The translations under genes were made by a program, and so were the position numbers. The notes beneath the pieces are model-generated. The model worked only from the letters and a program-made list of their open reading frames with translations, had not been told where the DNA came from and did no database searches. A stretch of 64,000 bases of DNA, taken from contig DATBMB010000056.1 in assembly GCA_036555035.1 (NCBI GenBank), forward strand, positions 1,267 through 65,266, in the 5' to 3' direction. The DNA is from Burkholderiales bacterium (GTDB lineage: Bacteria > Pseudomonadota > Gammaproteobacteria > Burkholderiales > SG8-41). Each line of letters begins with the position of its first letter. Position 1 is the stretch's first letter. Positions 26,108-32,595 of the stretch are shown piece after piece.

Positions 26108-27562
26108 ATGAGGAAATTCCAACACGGCGCTTCGCGCGCGGTCCTGATCGGCGTCATCGTGGCGGTGGCCGTCGCCTCCGCGGGCGTCACCGCGCTGCTG
26201 GTCAACATCTTCGAGCGCAAGAGCGAGGCGCGCAATCCCTACGTGCGCCTGGTCGAGGTGACCGAGAACACCACCGATCCGAAGCAGTGGGGCATCAACT
26301 GGCCCAAGCAGTACGACTCCTACCTGCTCACGGCCCAGACCACGCGGACGAAGTTCGGCGGGCACGGCGGGAGCGAGGCGCTGCCGGAAGAGAAGATCGC
26401 GCGCGACCCGTGGCTGAAGCGCATGTTCCTGGGCTACGCGTTCTCGATCGACTATCGCGACCGCCGCGGGCACGCCTACATGCTCGCCGACCAGGAAGCG
26501 ACCAAGCGCTTGACGAAGCCGCAGACGGGCTCCTGCCTGCACTGCCACGCCTCGGTGATGCCGCTCTACCGCGAGCTCGGCAAGGGAGATGCAGCCAAGG
26601 GCCTCGCAGAGAGCTACAAATATTCGTATCAGGAACTGAACAAGAAGCTGCACGACTCCGGCCACGCGCATCCGGTTTCCTGCGTGGATTGCCACGACCC
26701 CAAGACCATGGCGTTGCGCGTGACACGCCCTGGGTTCATCGAAGGCATCCGCCTGCTCGCGGCGTCGGACGCGCCGGTCGCGCACCTGCCATCGATCGAG
26801 CGCTGGCGCGCCGGCGGCAAGAAGACCCCCTATGACCCGAACGATGCGTCGCGCGGCGAGCTGCGGTCTTATGTCTGCGGCCAGTGCCACGTCGAGTACT
26901 ACTGCTCCTCCCAGATGAAGCTCACCTTCCCGTGGGGCAAGGGCCTGCGCGCGGCGGACCAGGAGAAGTTCTGGAATGAAACGAAATTCGCCGACGGCGC
27001 CCGCTTCTTCGACTACAAGCACGCGGAGACCGGCGCGCCGATCCTGAAGGCCCAGCATCCGGAGTTCGAGTTGTGGAGCCAAGGCGTGCATGCGCGCTCC
27101 GGCGTGGCATGCGCCGACTGCCACATGCCCTACGTGCGCGACGGCGCCACCAAGATTTCCGACCACTGGGTGCGCAGCCCGCTGCTCAACATCAATAACG
27201 CGTGCCAGACGTGCCACCGGGTGCCCGAGGCGGAGCTCAAGGCGCGCGTGGAGACGATCCAGCAGCGCAACTTCGAGCTGATGCAGCGCGGGGGCGCGGC
27301 GATAGTCGCGTTGATCGACGCGATCGTGAGGGCGAAAAAGGAAGGCGCGACCGAGGCGCAACTGCGGCCGGCGCTCGAGCTGCAGCGCAGCGCGCAGTGG
27401 CGGCTCGACTTCATCGCTGCGGAGAACTCGATGGGCTTCCATGCGCCGCAGGAAGCGGCCATGGTGCTCGGAGAGGCGCTCGACTACGCGCGCCAGGGAG
27501 AACTGGCGGCCCTGCGCTGGCGATCGCCCGTTGCGTCCGCGGCGGCAAAGCCCAAGCCCTGA
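26108..27562 (+). CDS. nrfA: Pentaheme cytochrome c nitrite reductase (ammonia-forming), CxxCH-type first heme
   Basis: Five heme motifs appear in NrfA order: CLHCH, CVDCH, CGQCH, CADCH, CQTCH. CGQCH and CADCH are identical to E. coli NrfA as recalled. I chose the ATG at 26108, preceded by GAGAGGG; an alternative ATG is at 26093. Confidence 0.9.
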   Translation: MRKFQHGASRAVLIGVIVAVAVASAGVTALLVNIFERKSEARNPYVRLVEVTENTTDPKQWGINWPKQYDSYLLTAQTTRTKFGGHGGSEALPEEKIARDPWLKRMFLGYAFSIDYRDRRGHAYMLADQEATKRLTKPQTGSCLHCHASVMPLYRELGKGDAAKGLAESYKYSYQELNKKLHDSGHAHPVSCVDCHDPKTMALRVTRPGFIEGIRLLAASDAPVAHLPSIERWRAGGKKTPYDPNDASRGELRSYVCGQCHVEYYCSSQMKLTFPWGKGLRAADQEKFWNETKFADGARFFDYKHAETGAPILKAQHPEFELWSQGVHARSGVACADCHMPYVRDGATKISDHWVRSPLLNINNACQTCHRVPEAELKARVETIQQRNFELMQRGGAAIVALIDAIVRAKKEGATEAQLRPALELQRSAQWRLDFIAAENSMGFHAPQEAAMVLGEALDYARQGELAALRWRSPVASAAAKPKP

Positions 27563-27574
27563 GCCAGGCGAACG

Positions 27575-27627
27575 GGAAAAGGTGTCAGGAACCTTTTCGC
27601 CGCGAAAAGGTTCCTGACACCTTTTCC
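27575..27627. repeat. 53-nt near-perfect palindrome (26-nt arms, 1-nt centre) between convergent nrfA and the first radical SAM gene; likely a bidirectional terminator or REP-like element
   Basis: GGAAAAGGTGTCAGGAACCTTTTCGC, then c, then GCGAAAAGGTTCCTGACACCTTTTCC. It starts 13 nt after the nrfA stop and contains the last 14 sense codons plus the stop codon of the radical SAM gene. Confidence 0.6.
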
Positions 27628-28571
27628 AAGGACCAGGTCTCGTTGGCGTGCCGAAGGAGGCCCGGGTCCGAGCGGCACGCCTCGATGAACTCGCGCACTT
27701 CGCGCGAGCGCCAGGCCTCACGGTAGGCGTTCCAGGCCTCCTCCAGAGAGTCGCTACGCAGGTCGGCGGACGCGAACGGCAGCGCGTTCAGGAGCTTCAC
27801 CTTTCCGTTTGGGACCACCAGCAGCATCGCCTGCGGGCTCGCGAGCCGCTCCTCCAGTTCGGTGAGGATGTCCCACGGGTAGATTGAGAGCCCGGTCGCC
27901 GCTGCGCGGGATTTCGCGTGATCGCGTAGCGCCTCAACCGCCCCCTGCCAGTCGCGTTCCGAGCAGGCCAGCTTGTCCCAGGTAGCCGCCGCGCGCCCGA
28001 GGCGCATCAGCGGCCCGGTGACAAAGGTGCTGCAGCCCAGCTCGACCGCCAGGTCGTAGGTGCCGACCGCATCGCGGATATTCCACCGCGTGGGAACGAA
28101 CACGAGCTGGGGCGCGAGGCCGCGGACTGCCAGCCGTCGGATGGCTCCAATAGCCGCATCGAAGCTCGATCCCGGGCGCACGCGCTCGTGCATCTCGGCC
28201 GTTGCGCCGTCCACCGACACCTGCACGCATTGGACCTTCAGCCGCGCCAGGCGCGCGGCTGCGGCGTCATCGATATGAGACCCGTCAGTCTCGATTTTCA
28301 GGGCGACGCCACTCGCCGCGAGTAGCTCGGCAAGCTCCCAGAAATGGGAGACCCCAAGCGGCTCGCCCCCGCCGAAAGCGACATACGGGATGCCGGAGGC
28401 GACGATGTGGCGACCGAGCGCCAGCGCCTCGGCGCGCGTCAGCTCATCCGGCCAGGCCTTGTCGGGGCCGGATTCCTCGCAGCAGGTGACGCAGCGGGCC
28501 CCGCAGCGGTTGGTCAGCTGCCAGGCAAGAAAAAGGGGCGCGCGGTATTCGGTTACCGCGCGCCCCGGCAT
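27585..28571 (-). CDS. Radical SAM enzyme, PqqE/MftC-like, cysteine-poor C-terminal domain (paralog 1)
   Basis: APLFLAWQLTNRCGARCVTCCEESGPDK contains the CX3CX2C motif. Other matches are AFGGGEPL, LKIETDG, VQVSVDG and the C-terminal LLVVPNGKVKLLNALPFASADLRSDSLEEAWNAYREAW. I chose the ATG at 28571, preceded by GAGGTGG. Confidence 0.85.
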   Translation of the reverse strand: MPGRAVTEYRAPLFLAWQLTNRCGARCVTCCEESGPDKAWPDELTRAEALALGRHIVASGIPYVAFGGGEPLGVSHFWELAELLAASGVALKIETDGSHIDDAAAARLARLKVQCVQVSVDGATAEMHERVRPGSSFDAAIGAIRRLAVRGLAPQLVFVPTRWNIRDAVGTYDLAVELGCSTFVTGPLMRLGRAAATWDKLACSERDWQGAVEALRDHAKSRAAATGLSIYPWDILTELEERLASPQAMLLVVPNGKVKLLNALPFASADLRSDSLEEAWNAYREAWRSREVREFIEACRSDPGLLRHANETWSLEKVSGTFSRRKGS

Positions 28572-28607
28572 TGCGGTCCCCACCTCTATCTCTGAAGCAG
28601 GGGGGTG

Positions 28608-28626
28608 CGAGGGGAGTATCCCCTCG
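28608..28626 (-). promoter_or_regulatory. Stem-loop immediately downstream of the precursor-peptide ORF (possible attenuator or mRNA stabiliser)
   Basis: CGAGGGG-AGTAT-CCCCTCG forms a 7-bp GC-rich stem. On the mRNA it begins 12 nt after the peptide stop. No U-tract follows. Confidence 0.35.
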
Positions 28627-28638
28627 TTCCTATCTCTC

Positions 28639-28797
28639 TCAGGTGAAGCGGATGTACGGCTGGGCCATGACCTGCTCGGAAACGTCCTCCATCTTCGGCG
28701 TTTCCCAGTTCAGGCGCTCGGCCGGCTTGATCTTCTGGGCCTTCTCTTCCTGTTCCGTCTTTTCGCCCTGCTGCAGGTTCACTTTCATGTCGCCCAT
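28639..28797 (-). CDS. 52-aa candidate precursor peptide (PqqA-like C-terminal core)
   Basis: The ATG at 28797 is preceded by a strong AGGAGG 5 nt upstream. The peptide is MGDMKVNLQQGEKTEQEEKAQKIKPAERLNWETPKMEDVSEQVMAQPYIRFT. It is wedged between two radical SAM genes, and a PqqD-like gene lies in the same operon. Confidence 0.65.
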   Translation of the reverse strand: MGDMKVNLQQGEKTEQEEKAQKIKPAERLNWETPKMEDVSEQVMAQPYIRFT

Positions 28798-28811
28798 AGT
28801 GCCTCCTGTAT

Positions 28812-29771
28812 TCAAATTTGCGAAATCGCCAACCGGCGCCAACCATTGGCATCGGCATGCTGCAATTCATCCCCGCTCGCGCGGCGGACCGCACCTCGCA
28901 TCGCCTCGTCCCGCCAGGCGCCGCGGTATGCCGCCCACGCCTGCGCCAGGCTGTCGCGCCGCAGGTCGGCGCATATCTGCGGGAGCGCCGCCGCGACCTT
29001 CACCCACCCGTTGGGAAGCACCAGCAACGTCGCCGGAGCCTCGTCCAGGCTTGCACTCAGCGCCTCGCCCAACGTGAAGGGAGAATAGCAGAATTCCATC
29101 CGCCCTCCAAGATTGCGGGCCTCCCGTTCGAGCAGATCCCGGAAATCTCGATACTGTCCGGCAGCCGGTTCGAGCCGGTCCCACAGGCGCGCCGCGGTCC
29201 CGACCCTCATCAGCTTGCCGGTATTGAACCGGAACGCGCCCAGCCCCGCCGCGCGCTGGATCACCGCCCCGGCTTCGTGAATATTAAGGCGCGTCGGTGC
29301 AAATGTGATCTCCAGGGGCAAGCCCGCCGCCCGCACCGCCCGGCACGCCGCATGCGCCTTCTCGAGCGAGCCGCCCGGGCGCTGGCGCCCATAGACCTCC
29401 TGGCTGTCGCCATCGAGGCTCACCTGGATTGAGCGGACCGGCAGCCGGGCGAGTCTCTCTGCGATGGCGGTATCGAGCCGCTGGCCATTGGTTTCGATCT
29501 TGAGCTGCACGCCACCCGCCCCGAGGGCTTCCGCGAGCCGGAAGAAGTGCGGCACCACCAGCGGCTCTCCGCCGCACAGCATGACGTACGGCACCTCGTT
29601 GCGGATGATCTCGACCACGACCCCCATAGCCTCCTCTGCATCCAGCTCGTCCGGGAGGCGCTTGCCGGGCGCCGAATCGGTGCAGCAGTGCAGGCACGCG
29701 AGATCGCAGTCGCGCGTGATCTGCCACGAGACGAAGAGGGGTGCTCGCAGGCTGTCGATCCGGTTTTCCAT
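28812..29771 (-). CDS. Radical SAM enzyme, PqqE/MftC-like, cysteine-poor C-terminal domain (paralog 2)
   Basis: The ATG at 29771 gives MENRIDSLRAPLFVSWQITRDCDLACLHCCTDSAPGK. Other matches are LCGGEPL, LKIETNG, IQVSLDG and LLVLPNGWVKVAAALPQICADLRRDSLAQAWAAYRGAW. The listed 668-aa ORF is an upstream extension that overlaps the prenyltransferase gene in another frame. Confidence 0.85.
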   Translation of the reverse strand: MENRIDSLRAPLFVSWQITRDCDLACLHCCTDSAPGKRLPDELDAEEAMGVVVEIIRNEVPYVMLCGGEPLVVPHFFRLAEALGAGGVQLKIETNGQRLDTAIAERLARLPVRSIQVSLDGDSQEVYGRQRPGGSLEKAHAACRAVRAAGLPLEITFAPTRLNIHEAGAVIQRAAGLGAFRFNTGKLMRVGTAARLWDRLEPAAGQYRDFRDLLEREARNLGGRMEFCYSPFTLGEALSASLDEAPATLLVLPNGWVKVAAALPQICADLRRDSLAQAWAAYRGAWRDEAMRGAVRRASGDELQHADANGWRRLAISQI

Positions 29772-29782
29772 GAGAGACGGGG

Positions 29783-30712
29783 TCAGCCCAGCAGGAGGCC
29801 CACGCCAAACAGCGTGACGGCGACCGCATAGCAGCCGATGATGGCGCGGATGGCAGGCACGAACTGGCGCGGGGCTTCGTAGGTGTGCAGGGCGATTCGC
29901 GCGCTTGTCAGGAGCAAAGGCAACGCCAGCAGCGCAGACAGGCACGCTACGGGAAAGACGCCGGTGGCGACACCGGCCGCGGCAGTGCAAAGCCCCGCCG
30001 CAGCAAGCGCGAGGTAGAGCCACACTCCGCGCCGCCGCCCCAGCCGCACGACGAGATTGCGTTTTCCCACGAGCCGGTCCTGGTGATAGTCGGGGATGGC
30101 GTTTACCACGGCGAGCGACATGATCAGGAATCCCGGCACCAGCGATGCCCAGAACGCACCCCACGAAAGCGCCCGGGTGTGGAGATAAAGGCTCCCCAGC
30201 ACCATCCACGGGCCATAGGACAACGCGATCACGGTTTCGCCGAGGCCGCGATAGGCCCAGCGAATGGGCGGCGCCACGTAAAAAATGGCAGCGAGTCCTC
30301 CGAGCACCGCGAACGCCAGGATCGGCCAGCCGCCCCGGTAGGTGAGATAAACGCCCACGCCCAGAGCGCCGGCAAACGCTGCCACGCCCAGCCACAGCAC
30401 CCACCCGGACATGGGCGCCTCCTCGTCCGGATTGAACACGCGATCGGTGCCCATCTGCGAATCGAAATACTCGTTGAACGCTTCGACCCCGATGACTGCA
30501 AGCACCACGCCGCCGAGTCCGCTCCAGAAGACACTTGCATTGAACGCGCCTTCCATCGCATGCGCCCAGGCAGCGCCCAGGAGGTAGGGCAGCAGCCCCG
30601 CATACAGAAAGAAACGGTAACGAACGAGGCTCGCAACCCGCAGCAGCACGCGCAACGGCGAGCGCTCCGCCCCGAGGCGCTGATGCGGCGGGGTCGTCAG
30701 AGATAGACCCAT
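29783..30712 (-). CDS. UbiA-superfamily aromatic prenyltransferase, MenA-like
   Basis: About 309 aa and polytopic. The first Asp-rich motif is FNEYFDSQMGTD. The second is PDYHQDRLVGKRNLVVRLG. Recalled MenA equivalents are NDYGDAVKGSD and D...D...GK.TL.VRLG. The ATG at 30712 overlaps the upstream radical SAM gene by 16 nt. Confidence 0.85.
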   Translation of the reverse strand: MGLSLTTPPHQRLGAERSPLRVLLRVASLVRYRFFLYAGLLPYLLGAAWAHAMEGAFNASVFWSGLGGVVLAVIGVEAFNEYFDSQMGTDRVFNPDEEAPMSGWVLWLGVAAFAGALGVGVYLTYRGGWPILAFAVLGGLAAIFYVAPPIRWAYRGLGETVIALSYGPWMVLGSLYLHTRALSWGAFWASLVPGFLIMSLAVVNAIPDYHQDRLVGKRNLVVRLGRRRGVWLYLALAAAGLCTAAAGVATGVFPVACLSALLALPLLLTSARIALHTYEAPRQFVPAIRAIIGCYAVAVTLFGVGLLLG

Positions 30713-31698
30713 TGGTGCAGCGTTGCAGTCTTGCGCGGATCCTGCGCCAGGTCCTCGACAAACTTCGCGACGCGCGGATCCTGCCACGCGCGCTGGAATC
30801 GCGCCCAGATCTCGCCAAGCGTCTGCCGCCGCAGGTCGCCGCACACGAACGGCAACGCGTTGATGAGCTTGACCAGGCCGTTGGGCAGCACGATCAGGAG
30901 CGCTGCCGGGTGATGCAGGCGATAGCGCAGTTCCTCGAGCAGCCCCATCTCGTGGAAATAGACCCGCATTCGGCCGCGGTATTCCTCGGTCTTGCCGTGA
31001 AGCACGGCGAAAAATTCATCGTACTGTGCATCGGAAGGCGCCATCCGGTGCCAGGTCTTGACGGCGTTGCCGGTATACATCGTGCGCCCGGTATAGAAGC
31101 TGTAGGCGCCGAGCTCGGCGGCGAGGTCCACTGCAGTGCCGATCTCGTGGGTGTTGAAGCACGTGGGTGAGTAGTTGATCTCGATCGGCACTCCCGCGGC
31201 GCCCAGATTGCGGATCCCTTGGACTGTCAGGTCGAAATCGCCCCGCACCCGCATGCGGTTGAAGGTCTCGCGCGAGGCGCCGTCCAGGCTCACCTGCACG
31301 GCTTTCACGCCCAGGCGCTTCAGGCGCTCGCAGTTCTCCGCAGAGAGATAGGCGCCGTTGGTCTCGATCTTGAGCTGACCGTTGCGCTTGCAGACATACT
31401 CCACCATATCGAAGAAGCGCGGATGCACCATCGGTTCCCCGCCCGAGAACGACAGATAGGGCACCTCGAGGTCGATTGCCTGCTCGAGAACGCTGAATAC
31501 CTGCTCGTCGCTCAGCTCGTCGTGGAACGCCTTGCCGGGGCCGCTTTCCTCGATGCAATGGAGGCAGGCGAGATTGCATTCGTTGGTCACCTGCCATGCG
31601 ATATAGAGCGGCGCGCCGAGATCTCCCGAGCCGGTCTCGGCTGGAGTGGATTCCGGCACCGGGGAGCGCACCCCAGCACCACTCACCTGCGTGGCCAC
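30697..31698 (-). CDS. Radical SAM enzyme, PqqE/MftC-like, cysteine-poor C-terminal domain (paralog 3)
   Basis: GAPLYIAWQVTNECNLACLHCIEESGPGK, FSGGEPM, LKIETNG, VQVSLDG and LLIVLPNGLVKLINALPFVCGDLRRQTLGEIWARFQRAW. I chose the GTG at 31698, with GAGGA 8 nt upstream and 4 nt after the PqqD-like stop. The listed TTG at 31740 is the alternative. Confidence 0.85.
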   Translation of the reverse strand: MATQVSGAGVRSPVPESTPAETGSGDLGAPLYIAWQVTNECNLACLHCIEESGPGKAFHDELSDEQVFSVLEQAIDLEVPYLSFSGGEPMVHPRFFDMVEYVCKRNGQLKIETNGAYLSAENCERLKRLGVKAVQVSLDGASRETFNRMRVRGDFDLTVQGIRNLGAAGVPIEINYSPTCFNTHEIGTAVDLAAELGAYSFYTGRTMYTGNAVKTWHRMAPSDAQYDEFFAVLHGKTEEYRGRMRVYFHEMGLLEELRYRLHHPAALLIVLPNGLVKLINALPFVCGDLRRQTLGEIWARFQRAWQDPRVAKFVEDLAQDPRKTATLHQWVYL

Positions 31699-31702
31699 CG
31701 CG

Positions 31703-31954
31703 TCAATCCTCGACCAGTCCCTTTTGCCGCAGCTCGGCAATGAACGCGACAGCCTCGCGCTCGATCGCCCCGCCTTCGTCGCGGAAGCGCGCCTTCAGTA
31801 GTCCCGGGATGTCACGCTCCGCGCGCCCCGCCTGGATCTCGCGCACCACCGCGGTCGCGGTGGGATTGAGGGTGTAGACCTTCTCGGAGCGCGTCTCGAA
31901 CAACACGCCGCCGAACTTCTCCTCGCGGAATTTGACGTACTGGGTGAGTTTCAT
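31703..31954 (-). CDS. PqqD/MftB-family peptide chaperone (RiPP recognition element)
   Basis: 83 aa, MKLTQYVKFREEKFGGVLFETRSEKVYTLNPTATAVVREIQAGR...AVAFIAELRQKGLVE, a typical PqqD-family pattern. The radical SAM gene follows immediately. Confidence 0.8.
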   Translation of the reverse strand: MKLTQYVKFREEKFGGVLFETRSEKVYTLNPTATAVVREIQAGRAERDIPGLLKARFRDEGGAIEREAVAFIAELRQKGLVED

Positions 31955-32011
31955 GAAGCGCCTCGCGGACCGCCATTATAACGGCCGGGCCCGGCGCCAC
32001 CACGACCGCAA

Positions 32012-32530
32012 TCAGTACTTGCCGTGCACCTTGTAGATATAGTTCGTGAGCTCGCTGGTCTGCATCGCCATGCGGTTCACGATGAGGTGCACGACGCGGA
32101 AGATCGCGCGCATGACGCGGTAGACGATGACCGGCTCGCGCTCGAGCAGCGATTCCAGCTTCTCGCGCTCCAGGCACAGGACCTGAGTTGGCCCGGTCGC
32201 GCGCAACGCCGCGTAGTGCGGCCGGCCGTCCATGAAGCCGAGTTCCCCGGCGAGGTCGCCCTTGGTGAGGAGGTGCAGGTTGATCCACTGCCCGTCCGCC
32301 TCGACCTGCCGGGCCACCGCCAGCGCCCCGCCCACGATCACGTAGAGGTGATTGTCGCTGGCGCCCTGTCGGACGAGGACCTCCCCGTCCGCCAGGTTGC
32401 GCACAGACACCAGGTCGGCGAGAACGCTGCACTGGTCCCCGGTCAGCTCCACCGCCAGCGCCGCGTTGCGCAGCAGCTCCAGCTTTTGCTTGGTTTCCTG
32501 GCTCTTTCCCCGGGCAGCCGCGTCAGGCAC
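32012..32530 (-). CDS. Stand-alone cyclic-nucleotide-binding domain protein (no DNA-binding domain)
   Basis: 172 aa with the cNMP-binding beta-roll pattern GEVLVRQGASDNHLYVIVGGALAV...GDLAGELGFMDGRPHYAALRA. The GTG start is preceded by AAGGAG. Confidence 0.8.
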   Translation of the reverse strand: MPDAAARGKSQETKQKLELLRNAALAVELTGDQCSVLADLVSVRNLADGEVLVRQGASDNHLYVIVGGALAVARQVEADGQWINLHLLTKGDLAGELGFMDGRPHYAALRATGPTQVLCLEREKLESLLEREPVIVYRVMRAIFRVVHLIVNRMAMQTSELTNYIYKVHGKY

Positions 32531-32595
32531 GGATTCGCTCCTTTGCGCGAAAGGACACTATGTTGCGGATTATTATGCTATTGGGAAATGTTAGC

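Noticed and set aside
26093-27562. The nrfA product as an octaheme (Otr/Onr) or Hao-like enzyme.
   Set aside because: There are only five CxxCH motifs in about 485 aa. Their order and spacing, including CGQCH and CADCH, match pentaheme NrfA, and the gene is preceded by nrfH.
28812-30818. 668-aa ORF suggesting a giant radical SAM protein.
   Set aside because: The N-terminal half overlaps the MenA-like gene in another frame and has no motifs. The radical SAM homology begins at MENRIDS (ATG at 29771). That start gives a size equal to the two paralogs.
31975-31980. Perfect TATAAT hexamer on the minus strand, 21-26 nt upstream of the PqqD-like ATG, considered as an internal promoter.
   Set aside because: No -35-like hexamer lies at 16-19 nt spacing; the nearest, TTGCGG, is 25 nt away. 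It could be chance in a short gap, so I mention it only as a possibility.
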